The translations under genes were made by a program, and so were the position numbers. Under the pieces are notes generated by a model. The model saw nothing but the letters and a program-made list of their open reading frames with translations, searched no databases and was not told the DNA's origin. Positions 45,273-58,937 of a stretch of 64,000 nt of DNA are shown piece by piece; positions within the stretch are counted from its first letter, which is position 1, and every line of letters begins with the position of its first letter. The stretch comes from Eledone cirrhosa (taxonomy: Eukaryota), in NCBI GenBank assembly GCA_964016885.1, contig OZ024743.1, positions 278,566,001 through 278,630,000 of the forward strand. The letters run 5' to 3'.

Positions 45273-45460
45273 GAAAAGTATGACCCCGACGGCAGAGCTC
45301 AAGCCGTTTCGACGGCTATTTCTGTCCAGAAATAGCCGTCGATCGGCTTGAGCTCTGCTGTCGGGGTCATACTTTTTCCTATTACCTACTCTACTACCCT
45401 AAGTATTGAGTACTCTGATGCGTTATGGTCCATCTGGTTCCTTACCACAACTCCTTTGTT
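45271..45460. mobile_element. Family P element with a ~110-bp palindrome (45271-45379)
   Basis: GGAAAAGTATGACCCCGAC...TTCTG|T|CCAGAA...GTCGGGGTCATACTTTTTCC. Confidence 0.75.
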
Positions 45461-45475
45461 ATATATATATATATA

Positions 45476-46083
45476 CAGTAATTTCCCGCTATATCGCGGT
45501 CCCTTTTTCGCAGTCCCGCTACACCGCGGATATTTCTTTCCAACGTGTCTAACTCCGTATCACGGCAATTCTGGCTACATGCTGGATTTTTCGTTGAACA
45601 TATCTATTTTCAAACCGTGGTACGTACGTCTGAATAAAACGTTTTTAAAATTTAAACTTATCAAATAAGTTTCGATATTGTTGAAGTGTACAACGTCAGG
45701 AGGGGCATCTTAAGGCTTTAACTATAAAAAAATGTTTTTTTAGTTTTCATTCCATTACTGTTTTACTGGGTGTGTTTTTCTCTAATCTACTATAAACACT
45801 CCACAGATCGACCCGGTACCTAGCGGCTAACGTGACTGGTAATCGTCGTCATTGGTAACTAGTGGCATGATCGTTGGTGGTAGTTTTTATACAATCGTTA
45901 CAGGCTCTTTTTGGTGTTTAGATACAAAAGTGTGTTTTAATGAGTTTGTATGTACTTAAAGCGTGTAATTTAGTCCTAAACTATGAAAACAACGGCTGTG
46001 TTTATGGTCTCTCTAAATCGCAGATTTTCATTTAACTCGGTTGGTTCTGGAACGTGTCCCCCACGATAAACGGCGGATTACTG
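45476..46083. mobile_element. Tigger/pogo-type MITE
   Basis: TIRs CAGTAATTTCCCGCTATATCGCGG / CCACGATAAACGGCGGATTACTG; TA context. Confidence 0.72.
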
Positions 46084-46137
46084 TGTATATATATATATAT
46101 ATATGTGCATATACATACATACATACATACATAACGT

Positions 46138-46182
<45 letters not shown>

Positions 46183-46194
46183 TATATATAAATA

Positions 46195-46244
<50 letters not shown>

Positions 46245-46459
46245 AATTAATATATCTTGTAACATATATATACACACAGATGCATACCAATGCTAGCAAA
46301 TACATAGGTTTTGTCTTAGTAACTTTGTGGTTCAATGCATAGGGTTGCAGAACAATAATATGAGAGACGTAAAATAAGAAAATTATAAAATTAACTTACT
46401 TACTAAAATTTCACTCCCAACTAATTAGTTTCTGAAAGGGAATAAATATCACAGGGAGA

Positions 46460-46538
<79 letters not shown>

Positions 46539-46679
46539 GTGGGAGAAATGAGGTGCAACAGAAATGAAACATGGATTACTGGTTAAAATATAGTCTAGAT
46601 AGATTTGAAACAAAACGAGAATGTAGTTTATGGAGCTCGCAATTGATATAGATGTCGAACTTAAGTAGGAGCAATAACA

Positions 46680-47072
46680 TTAAGAAAGACATGAACTACA
46701 CCACAACACTTTGTTTTGAAAATTTTGAAAGTAGGGTTATAAGTACGAATTTTCACAACAATTTCGTAGTTGTCTATGCGGCCTACTGGTAGGTACTAGA
46801 GACGATGGAGATCCTGTCCTAGGGTTCAGTCCTGGTCAAGAGATACATGTAAGCTTTTATTTTTTATTTTTTAACCAATAGAAAAAAACTGAAAAGGTTT
46901 ACCGGGAACCTTACTCCCGACGAGGATCGAACTTCAGACAAGGATCACCAGTGTCTACGATTCCCCAAACTAGGCCACCGAGACTGCCACAAAAACATAA
47001 CGAAAATTGATAATTATAAACCTACTTTCAAAAACAAAGTTAAAAAGATGTGGTGTCGTTTATGGTTTTCCT
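46680..47072. mobile_element. Fold-back element carrying two convergent tRNA-like sequences
   Basis: Diverged inverted arms; tRNA-like 46772-46842 (+) and 46914-46984 (-) with A/B boxes (GTGGCCTAGTTTGG, GTTCGATCC). Confidence 0.55.
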
Positions 47073-47391
47073 AGAGCTATTAGTAATATTTAGTGTCGAC
47101 TTCTGGTCATTATTGAAAGTCTCTGTATTTCGCAAAATACATAATATTTTTATTGGAGAAGGTAAGATATATTTCTGCAAAAATTTGATTGCACTGTTTT
47201 GTTTCCAGTTATGTATTTTTCGAAAATGTTATTTTATTCATTATAAAAATTAATGATAGCATTCTATACATAGGTGGGCCCCTTTCATCTGGCAACCAAT
47301 ATTTCTAGACCCAATGCGCCACTTTATATATATGTATATATATATATATATATATATGCATACGGGATATATATATATATATATATATATA

Positions 47392-47587
47392 CGTTATTCC
47401 GGGTTGAATCGGAGGTAACCACAGTAAGTAAGGTACTCAATACATAGCAGAGTATAACAGTTTTAATATAGATGAGATTCTACAGGACTAGAACTGTTTC
47501 ATTCATTTGAAATCATCAGGAATCATATTCCTGATGATTTCAAATGAATGAAACAGTTCTAGTCCTGTAGAATCTCATCTATATTAA

Positions 47588-47591
<4 letters not shown>
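47392..47591. mobile_element. Palindromic family G element with HHR cores on both strands
   Basis: Perfect 65-bp arms 47459-47523/47527-47591; CTGATGA at 47531-47537 and its complement at 47513-47519. Confidence 0.88.
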
Positions 47592-47624
<33 letters not shown>

Positions 47625-47627
47625 TAC

Positions 47628-47665
<38 letters not shown>

Positions 47666-47668
47666 TAC

Positions 47669-47710
<42 letters not shown>

Positions 47711-47717
<7 letters not shown>

Positions 47718-48074
47718 GTGAGGTTTTTTTTACAAAATGAAAAATAACCGAGGTGTCCTACACGAGTGGAAGTATAAAGAAAAAGGGATGAAATCGAAAA
47801 TGCAACTGAAGTCTTATTTTTTTTTTTTTAAATATATATATTTATTTGGTTCCTTTACCGGTTTCGCAGTTCTTCTGCTTTTCAAAAGGTGAGTTGAGAT
47901 GGAGGGTCTGTGGTTTTTCTCACATGTGAGAAAAACCACAGACCCTCCATCTCAACTCACCTTTTGAAAAGCAGAAGAACTGCGAAACCGGTAAAGGAAC
48001 CAAATAAATATATATATTTAAAAAAAAAAAAAAAAAATAAGACTTCAGTTGCATTTTCGATTTCATCCCTTTTT

Positions 48075-48078
<4 letters not shown>
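47711..48078. mobile_element. Palindromic family J element; U3-A8 HHR on both strands (47852-47889 minus, 47960-47997 plus)
   Basis: ~150-bp arms with no spacer, centred on CACATGTG (47921-47928); cctt TTGAAAA gcag aagaa ctgc GAAAC CG GTA aagg. Confidence 0.88.
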
Positions 48079-48114
<36 letters not shown>

Positions 48115-48117
48115 TAC

Positions 48118-48167
<50 letters not shown>

Positions 48168-48236
48168 TACGGGATATATATATATATATATATATATGCA
48201 TACGGGATATATATATATATATATATATATGCATAC

Positions 48237-48274
<38 letters not shown>

Positions 48275-48626
48275 TACGGGATAACCGTGCCGTGCTATCA
48301 GATATATTCGTTTACATAATTCGTTCGCTATCACTATCAATTTAGACACTGCGTTATTCTGTATCTTCTTCTGTAATCGCTTTTGCCCCTTATGCTTGCC
48401 AAGTCTTCCTCCAATGATCCCAATTATATATTGATCGGCTTCCGTTGCATCCTATGCCCCCAAACTGGCATACATTATATGAAGGCCCTCATTCGTGGGC
48501 TTGCATAGCACGCGGCGAAGGAATTTCCAACGTCGTACAAGGATGGTTTTTTTTCGTACACTTACTCAGTAGGGCTCTTTCCATGACTTTGTCATTCATG
48601 ATGTTGTCGGACCAAGAATTTCTTAC

Positions 48627-48707
<81 letters not shown>

Positions 48708-48722
48708 TGGGTGTGGGTGTGT

Positions 48723-48762
<40 letters not shown>

Positions 48763-49025
48763 GCACATAAGTATATACACATGCAGACATAAATACACAC
48801 ACGCATATATGTATATATTTGTAATTCACGAACGGCACATCTCATCCAGTGCTCACCTGTTTTATTGAGTCTCAATGTCCTCTGAAATGAAAAGTGTCAA
48901 CTTCTAAGCACAGAATCTATAGTGATTACCGGAGGTTGTCTGAGGAGAATGGAATGCCCGATATTTGCTTGTATTTGTCGCGTGCGAGTCACTCTTTTGG
49001 ATATATATACTATATGTGCGCGTGC

Positions 49026-49060
<35 letters not shown>

Positions 49061-49475
49061 GGAGGTGAGTTTTATTGTAGTACAATAAAGCAATGCAGAT
49101 ATCGGATAAGAAGCACTCTACAGTTTGTAGGACTGGAGTATACATAATATATATGTTGATTTAAAACTGCACTATCCACAAGTGTTTTTAACCTTCATAT
49201 CATGTCTTCCTATTTTATCTGATGAAAACACAAATGTTATTGCATGATGATATTTGTTTTTGAAATGCGCATAATAAAATACATGGAACTCTTTAAACCA
49301 TCTTTTGATCTTATATATTATATATTACATATACACTATATGTGTGGGTGCATGTATATATATATACAGAGCGATTGCCGGTCCATTCTTATTTATATGC
49401 ATATTATTTTGCATTCTCAGTAGTTATACATATATACTTATAAACATTACTTATGCCTTTTAATGAGCATATACA

Positions 49476-49671
<196 letters not shown>

Positions 49672-50150
49672 CGTGCGTGTGTGTATTTGTAAGTATAGAC
49701 ATGCTGTCTACGCATGGTTACATCGCTTACTGCGTTAGTGGGAATAGAGGCGGTTACACGTTATCACCTCGCCCAGGTATTGTAGGAAAGAAAACCGGCT
49801 TGCAAAAAGAATATTTCTGCTTACACATAAAAAATATATCTTCACACATACATTTATGCCTATAATTCTTTCCTATTTATTGCATACATGTTTATACAAA
49901 GGTCACAACACGTACGTACGCATGTCTGGTTGCCTTAAATACGTATGCACATGCATGCATATATGTATGTATTTATGTATGTATTTATGTATGTATATAT
50001 ACAGATATAGACATATATATATATGTTTTTCTGTGCATATACATGCACATAAATATACTTTCATGTATATACATCTACAAGTTCTATCTATGTCTGTATG
50101 TACCTATCTATTTATCTATGTATATACATATATATTTCATGCATGTTATA

Positions 50151-50193
<43 letters not shown>

Positions 50194-51109
50194 TGCGTGT
50201 GTCCGGGTCCATAGGAATCTACCTTTATTTTGTTAAATGAATATATATAGATATATTTATCTATCACATCCTATATATAGATAAACAATAAAACAAATTT
50301 ACATAGTCAAGTACATCTTAGTAAACATTCTTTCAATGTGAGATACGTATCCAGATAAACCCAATCAAATCTTTGCTTTCATAAAATTGCGGAAATTTTT
50401 CTGCATTTATATATATTCGTTTAATTATTCGTTTTATTTGCTTTAACTTTGATATCATTATCATATTTCTTAATAGTATTTGTACTAATATTATTTCATC
50501 TACTGAGGTTCTTCGGAAATTCAGTAAGTTCGAGTTTATATATCATTCATTTTTATTTTACTGACGAGTTTCCTCAGACGATGCGTATTTCCTAATCATG
50601 CTGTTCTGAATTTTACATATGGAATGCTTACTTGGCATGCTTTTTAAAACGAATTTCTGCCTTTTTTTCCAGGATCTCTATTTTCTTTTTCAATTGATCG
50701 CACATATTTTTGCATCAATATCTTTATCGAATCGTTTTTTCAACATCTTGCGTTAATACTACGTCTTCTTTTCTGAGTGAGAATGCCTGTGTTTTGTCTT
50801 TTTCTTTTTATTACTGTGTGGTTTTTGTTGTTGTTTAGCCCCAGGTAGGCAGGCATATGATCATGTACACTGCAGCCGCGTCCATCCTTTCATATATTCC
50901 AAGTCTAAATGTCTCGAAATACATTATACAAATGGGCCTTCTTTTTTAAGGTTATAGTGCGTGCTATGATATAAGTTTGGCTGCAATATTTAGCAGTTCA
51001 AACGATCACAAACACACACATGCACATATATGTCTGTATCTAAATATGTATGTATGTATATATTTACATATGCATGTATATATATATATGTATGTATGTG
51101 TATCTGTAA

Positions 51110-51144
<35 letters not shown>

Positions 51145-51182
51145 TATAAATGAATGAGAGAGAGGGGTGGGATAGATAACTG

Positions 51183-51357
51183 TTTCTACTTTAGGCACAA
51201 GGCCAGCAACTACCCAGTGCATTACTGGTACTTTATTTTATCGACCCCGTAAGGATGAAAGGCAAAGTCAACCTCGGCGGGATTTGAACTCAGATCGTAA
51301 AGGGATGTAACTATGCTGGAAAGCATGGCGTCCGACTCTCTACCGATACTGCCAACG
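51183..51357 (-). mobile_element. tRNA-derived Meta-domain SINE
   Basis: Reverse complement GAGTTCAAATCC..GGTTGACTTTGCCTTTCATCCTTACGGGGTCGATAAAAT; older plus-strand copy at ~52511-52650. Confidence 0.8.
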
Positions 51358-51935
51358 TCGGCTATATAGAAATAAACTTCTGTATCTGTTACCAAGTAAA
51401 TGATTTATCGTTTTGTTCAGCATTCACTATTTCTCATGTCAATAATTTCCTTAACTAAATTGCTTTAGCTAAGTCTTATTTTGTAAATGAGAATATCCGA
51501 TATTACATGGCATTTACCATTTTCTGATGTCACCAATAAATTTCGAAATTTTTTGTACACCCTCACTTTTTTCTTTTATTTCTTGGACGACCTGCAGGTA
51601 CTGTCGAATAACAGACTAGATAATTTTCTTTTACTGAGTTCAATAGTTTAGCTGCTAAAATTGTAAGTCCTTAGGTGTCATCAATAACTGGTTGCACATT
51701 AGCGGACATTTTCTTCAAAAGGAACCATTTTCCTTTCAACCGAAATGACTGCTGGACAGAGTTAATTTCATTCACCCCAGTTTGCTTACCGTGTGATACG
51801 GTCGATATACAACATGGGCATCCAGCTGTATACACAGAGATATATCAGTTACATACATCTATCAATCAATAACAGAGATTTATATGTACTTATATATATA
51901 TTATTTATTATTATATATATATATATATGTATATA

Positions 51936-52043
<108 letters not shown>

Positions 52044-52054
52044 GTCGGTGTGTT

Positions 52055-52098
<44 letters not shown>

Positions 52099-52109
52099 CG
52101 GAAAGAATG

Positions 52110-52475
52110 AAACGAAATTTCATTTCCCACTCTTAGTACGGCTGTTATGTAAATATAAGTATGTACAGGTACATACTTATATTTAAGTAACAGCCGTACT
52201 GGTACGCTGGCAGGAAGGTATACGTTGCTCACGATAGCTAATAAGGTTGAAACTAGTACAGCGTTCCTTTGTCAGTGTTGAACAAACGAGCAACGATGGT
52301 TGCTGGACATTACGGCTTAATACGGGATGTTTTTTTACAAACACACCGAGCATTATAATAAATGTTCGGTGAATCCATACGTACATATATGTATGTGTGC
52401 ATGTATGTTTATATATATACATACTACTGTACGTCTGTATACATATATGTATGTACGTGTACATACTTATATATA
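52110..52475 (+). mobile_element. Family B element with mutated HHR (CTCACGA, 52223-52263) and short 5' inversion
   Basis: Homologous to 18340-18620; AGTACGGCTGTTA / TAACAGCCGTACT inversion at 52135-52200. Confidence 0.75.
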
Positions 52476-52720
52476 TATATATATGTCTGTGTGTTTGTGT
52501 GTGTGCGTAAGGAAATTTGGCAGAATGGTTAGAAAATCGAATAGAATGTTTTAAGATATAGATCCCGATCTTCTGTGTTCTGAATTCCATTAGTACTGTG
52601 GTTAGCTCATCCTTCTATCCTTTCCAGGTTGACAAATAAATTACCAAGCCTGTACTTGTTCTACTCTTTCTCACTTCTATTTCTCTTTTTCTTGCATTTA
52701 TCTCTCTTTCTCTCTTCCAT

Positions 52721-52799
<79 letters not shown>

Positions 52800-53375
52800 A
52801 CTCTAAAATATATTGAGAACGTTCAAAAAACTAGTCTACTATATTATATAACAGCCAGAATTGGTCTATGTTATATAGTACTTCACCATGTATTACACAA
52901 TTATTGGTATACATCAACACTAAGGTTATGATATTGAACCCTGGTATTCGATCTATCGATGTCGATAAACAGTAATAGGGTGGTTAAGTTCCAATTGAAA
53001 GGGTTCAAATATTCTTTCACATATTCACATACAAGTCACACAACCACACGCATACACACACAAGACACACAACCACACGCATACACACAGAGAAATGCAC
53101 ACTAGGTCACACACACATGGGCACACAGACACACACAAACACATACACACATATATATATAATTTTATGAACTTGTTATTTTTAAGATTAAACGTATGAA
53201 GAGATGACAAACAGGACCATTTCCAACTTAAACAGATTCCCAACCTATTTGTCAACAGAGAAATGAGTATGATACAACTGGATAGCGAAAATTGTAGCAT
53301 TTATATTTTTTACACAGATATAGCATTCCAACCGGGTGATCAAGATTCATTTTATGATTTATGTTTCCTTTCATT

Positions 53376-53690
53376 TACGAGGTACATGCAAGAAGATTTG
53401 ATACTTTTCTTTTCAGGCACTTTTAATTGACCTACGTAACTGTCACTCAAATACATTGACATGGTTATAATAAGCTAACATACAAAATCCTTTTTCCAGG
53501 TTGAAGGTTCGGGCCGCTACAAAGCTTTAACACTACCCATCATACAGGTCTTGCCACAGCTGTCTTGTTCTACTATGCAGCCAGTACGTGAGGACAACTT
53601 GGAGGCTCGATATGCAATAAGTGTTTGTGTGAAGCTTGGCTAAAACGATGCAGAAACGCCTGAAATGGTCATAATTGCGTACAGACTACC
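53376..53690 (+). mobile_element. Mariner transposase 5' relic
   Basis: LEARYAISVCVKLG*NDAETPEMVIIAY at 53599-53685 resembles the mariner N-terminal HTH; TACGAGG terminus at 53376. Confidence 0.55.
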
Positions 53691-53851
53691 TTTCATAATC
53701 TTTCGACGATAATCCTTCATCAGGAAATAGAATGAAAAATTAAAGAAGAAATAGAAAGATAGAAGAGAATAGGCAGTGGGCAGAAATGAAAAAAAAATTT
53801 CAAAGGGAAAAAAACAGGTCTATTCAAGTCGCTATCTCTTATATCTATCAT

Positions 53852-54238
53852 TTTTCAGAAGAAGGATCAGGATGGAGAGAGAGGTGCTCCCCCCCCCAGT
53901 CGTTTTATGAAAGGTGGGTGAAAGTGGCGAGAATGGCCCGTGTGAATGGGCCTTCTCTTTACATAAGCCTGTAGGTAGAAAGGAGGAAGGAACGAGGGAG
54001 CACCCCCTCTCTGTGCTCCTGAGGAAAATGGTTGCACACTTTTTTCGGGGGTGTGTGCGACCCCCCAAGGCGCCTCCTCTCTATTGAGGATTTTGTTATA
54101 AATTTTATTTTTTGTTATATTTTATTTTATTTTTATATTTTGTTATTGCCTCCTCCTTATTGAGGACGCCTTTTTGTGTAAACTCCCCCCATTGTACTTG
54201 TCCCACTTTTGATGCCCTGGTGGCAAATAAAAGAAACA
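53852..54238 (+). mobile_element. 5'-truncated L1/Tx1-family insertion with 19-bp TSD
   Basis: ERWVKVARMARVNGPSLYISL*; AATAAA at 54226; TATCTCTTATATCTATCAT at 53833-53851 and 54239-54257. Confidence 0.88.
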
Positions 54239-54479
54239 TATCTCTTATATCTATCATGTTAAACTTGGGATGGACACTGTGTTAAACTTGCACGGTAAGT
54301 TTTGTTAAAATTTCTTTAGAAATTCGTCATTGTGAACTTTTATTTTTATACAAATTTGTAGAGGGACTGACAGGTCAAATTTTGATCTGGCCAGTCTCCA
54401 AAAATATCGTGTCCCTCAGGGCAAAAACATCCAAAACATTTTCGAAAAGGATTTTGCAAAACACTTCAATTTTAAAAAA

Positions 54480-55552
54480 ATGGCCGAAGCAAAGGCACCT
54501 ACTTCTTTGTCAAAACAAGAAGATGGGAAGGGAAAGCCATGCATACTTGACCAGCAGGTAGTAGCAGACATGGACAAAAGAATGCCAACATTATCGCCTC
54601 AACATTTAGAAGTGGAACAAGCTTCAGCTGCTTGTAAACAACTGAACGCGCCTGACGTCACAAACGTCACATGTATCCCCACACAGAAGGAAGTATGTGT
54701 AGCATATACTAACACCACAACAAGCAACAACACCAACCACACAATAAATGAGAACAACAACAACACAACAAACGGAATCAGTGGCAACACAACGAATGAG
54801 ACCATCATCACCACCAACAACAACAATAACAACATTTTATTTGCAGCAACCGTTGCTAAGCAACAGGATTTTAAATACTACTCCATGGACATTTCCCAAA
54901 AGTCCCAATATTTGGAAGCTTCTTCCAACTATGTGACGTTTGAGGGAGACACCCCACACATACACATACCCCACAAGTAAGAGAGATGACACAGAAAAAG
55001 AAGTTAATTTATAGAACAGTTGACATCATTACCAAAAAACCCATAAAGCCCCCAACACGTACTATCGAAGTTGCACTAAAATATATCAAGCCAGACGTGG
55101 CATACCTGCAAAGAGGTAAACAGTATGGAAGTGTGTCAGTGCTCTTTAAGAGCGAAACTCTGGCACAAAAACACTCGGTTCACCCAATAAAAACGGATCA
55201 ACACATCCTCTTCCCCACATACATGGGAAGAAGATCCTACAAAATAAAAATAACCAGGATCCCAGCAGAGGTCAACATATGGTGGATCCTACGCTGCATC
55301 CTGAAGAAGGATGAGGACACCCTCCTATCTGTAGACAGGACAGACCGGCATAACTGGTTTGGAACCTGCATCGAGGTTCTGATACAAATGAGGCCAGAGA
55401 GAGTTGAGAAAATACTGGACAGGATCGTCCTTGAGGAAGATGTCATCTCCATTTTAGTGGAGGGGAAAAGACCTCAGTGCCATAAGTGTGGGAAAACCAC
55501 ACACTTAAAGGCCTTTTGCCCTATCTTAAACACACTGTGGACAAACATTTAA
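54480..55552 (+). pseudogene. LINE ORF1 (gag-like, zinc knuckle), interrupted
   Basis: Split 54480-54980 / 54986-55552; EGKRPQCHKCGKTTHLKAFCP. Confidence 0.85.
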
Positions 55553-55554
55553 AG

Positions 55555-58541
55555 CTTTTAAATGATCTCAGGTCACATTGTATAGATGTGATAGCCATCA
55601 CCGAGTCCTGGATTCACGACAAGTAGTAGCTAACCCCCATGTTCGATGATTTTGAGATCTACGCATCTCTCTGTCAGCCATGAGGTGGAGGTTGCTGTTC
55701 TGTTTTGAAAAAACTTGGATCTCAAAATACAGACGATTCACTTGGACTCGGAGGGCAGCCTGGTGGTTCTGGACGTGAATGGTAGTGAAGGTGGAGCTTT
55801 CAGACTGGTGGCATCACGACCAGAGTTCGTCAAGCGTCTGGAGCCATTCCTGGGAACGTCTCGCTCCTTAGTGTTAGCGGGGGACTGGAATAGCATCTTA
55901 GACGCACGTTGGGACTATGTAGGAGCTTGTGATAATAGATGGGGGTGTAATAGCCTCAAAAATCTCATCAGCCAATTCCAACTGGCTGATAGATATCGAC
56001 TAGACTTCCCAAGTGCACCACTGTGGACGTGGAGCAACCGCACTGGTTCTTCTAGATCGTATTTAGATAGAATTTTAATTAGACAGAATGATAAGGAAAT
56101 ATTAAGCTGTCCACAAATGTACATGGTTGCCTATTCAAACCACAAATTAGTCACCTGCCTAGTCAACCTTGATAGAACACATAGACAGGTACCCGGATAC
56201 TGGAAGTTAAACATGTCGCTCCCGGCGCGTAAGGCCTACAGTAAACGGATTAGCACCTTAGTTAAGTGCCAGTTGACGGGGGCGATCGTCAACAACAGAA
56301 GGTGGAGCTCTCTCAAGAGAGCAATTAGAATAGAATCGCTAGCATTTAGCAAGGCAGTATCTTTAGAAAAAAATAAAACTGAAAAGGAACTCGTAGCTAA
56401 AATAGAAGAGGCACTTAGGAATTGCAGTACAGCTGACGTGCTAGCGGCGAGAACGGCACTAGACCAGTTCTTCAACGTGAAACACGAAGGTTGTATTGTC
56501 AGAAGTAGAACACGTGCCCTAAGAAACGAGGGAGCTAAAGCTGTTAACTGGGCTCGAGTGGCAGAGGTGAAAAGTGGCAACAAATCCACAATTCGGTCTT
56601 TGCAAGAGAAAGATGGACGCATTATACTTGCATCCAAGCGGATGTGCACGGCCTTCCGGTACATTTTTCACAACTGTTCGGGCAAAGCGGTACATCGAGC
56701 GAGGTGATGGACTTCAACTCCTACCTCAACGGCGTACCGTGACTCTCGAGCGCGGATGCGGAGAGCCGCGAAAGGCCGATCACAGCGGGAGAAATAGAAG
56801 ATGCCCTAGGCCCATGCGGGAAACGCAAATCACCCGATTTAGATGGCCTATGAGTTTTACATAGGCATGCCAGACTTGTTCTCTGGCGTCCTTGAAGCGG
56901 TCTACTGCAACTGGCAGCAGAACGGGAGGATTCCCAGTTCAGTAGGCAGAGGCGTAGTAACGCTGATCAGGAAAGATGAGAACAAGGGGGATGAGATAAG
57001 CAATTTCAGGCCCATAACTCTGCTCAACACAGAGTTAAAGATTTTGGCCAAGATGTTAGCAGCAAAGCTGGCGCTTGTCGAGAAGCTGGTAGGGGAAGCC
57101 CAAACGTGTGAAATCCCGACCAGGTCAATACACGACAAACACCACCTCATGCGATACATCATAGAGAGGGTAGGGTGTAAACCTGGCTTCGGTGGGGCTC
57201 TGATCAATTTAGATAAGTCTAAGGCATTTGATAGGGTCGATCATCAATACTTGGAAGCAGTTCTCAAGGCGGCCGGCTTCGGTCCCGTCTTCAGAGGCTG
57301 GATCGCTGCCATGCACACCAGCATCTGCTCGGCAGTCAAGGGGAATGGCTACTTATCATAAAAAACTAAACCCAAACAAGTCTGTCGGTTTGCAACTCGG
57401 CACATGGAGAGGCAAACCCATGCCTTCCGACAGTGTCGTTGGACGCTGGACGGAAGGACCGATGAAATTGCTCGGGGTCTGGTTCGGTCCAGACCTCCAG
57501 GTGGACAAGAACTGGAACGAGGTCACGGCGAAGGTGTTTGCACTCACCCAGAAGTGGGCTGAGTGCAAACTCTCCTTGAAAGGTCGAGCGGAGGTTGCGA
57601 AAACTTACATAGCGTCCGTCATCTATTACCGCTCAACACCCTTCTTACGGAGGGGTGGGCATGCTGTGGTTGATGATGCGCAAACATGCGCTGAGACTAC
57701 GCCATCTCCAGGTATTCCTGACCAGTGAACCGGTGTGGCTGTCGTTTGTGAGACAAGCTCTTCCACAACTCGTCTCACAAACAGAGCTGCATTCCTGGGT
57801 CAAGCGAAGAGCGAAAATGGGTGCCTGGCACCTCGAGTGCCTACAAGTGCTCACAGCCCTCTACCAAGCGGAAACGGCAATCAGCGGAGACTCCACTTCG
57901 ACATTATATAGGGGATTAGTGGAGGATAAGTGCGACGACGTTCTCGGGGAAACTCTAGGCATCGAGGAGGACGAACTGACGAGTCTGTTCGGGGGGACTT
58001 TCCGTCCAGGGCCTATGGATAACTTCCAGAGGTCGCTGGCCTGGCAGTGCTACCGAGGGGCTCTACCAGTTCAAGACAAAATCTATAGGCACGGACACCC
58101 TGGTAGATATCCTGCAAAAGGAACTGTCCAAGATGCGAGCATGACATCGAAACCGTTCTGCACGCAATTGTTCAGTGCCCAGGGGTGACCGACCTGTGGA
58201 ATTATCTCGAACAGCTGCTGTCAAATGTGGGACGCATCCAGTTGTCAGCTGAGTCCATCGCGAGGATCACCCCGCCGCCTTCATTTAAGAACGAAGGAGA
58301 GGCGGTTTTCCTCTGTCTGGTGGCTATGGCGAAAGAGGTAATATGGTGGACGAGGTTAAAAGGACTGAGGGCAAACACCTTTCTCTCCGAACAACAACTT
58401 ATCCTCTTCTTTAAGTATCACTTCAGAGGGAAGGTGAGAGTGGAGCGAGAGGTGCTACACCCCAGTAAATTCGCTGAAAGGTGGGTGAATGTGGCAAAAA
58501 TGGCCCGAGTGAATGGACCTTCTCTGTATATAAACCTGTAG
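55555..58541 (+). pseudogene. LINE ORF2 (APE endonuclease and RT), frameshifted; catalytic RT segment deleted near 57360
   Basis: IAITES, LAGDWN, YLDRILI, YSNHK, PGYWKLN; NFRPITLLNTELKILAK, LDKSKAFDRVDH; jumps from NGYLS to NPNKSVGL with no QG/YADD. Confidence 0.92.
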
Positions 58542-58876
58542 GTTGAGGGAAGACAGGAACACCTACAAAACGTGTTCCTGGTGTTGAGGGTTGTTCTATC
58601 TACGGGGTGTAAAAAAAACCCTGCAGTAACGTTCCCCTCTACTGGGGATTTCAATTGATATTTTATTATATATAGTTTGTTATTTATTAACGTTAAAGTT
58701 ATTTTTATTAAAAACCCCCGCCGTGACGTCTTGTAATTTCCCCTTTTTGTACGCCCCTGTGGCAAATAAAGAAAGATATCTCTTATACATATATAAATAT
58801 ACACAGACACACATACACACATACACTCGAATATATACATATAGTTTTTACTTTCTCTCTCTTCTCTCTCTCTCTC

Positions 58877-58931
<55 letters not shown>

Positions 58932-58937
<6 letters not shown>

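Larger units (their letters stand above)
54400..58775 (+). mobile_element. Decayed, internally deleted L1/Tx1-clade LINE
   Basis: ORF1 with CCHC knuckle, APE endonuclease, RT and C-terminal domain in order; AATAAA at 58765; 5' boundary approximate. Confidence 0.92.

Noticed and set aside
46772-46984. Functional tRNA genes
   Set aside because: Acceptor and anticodon stems do not pair properly; treated as tRNA-derived parts of an element.
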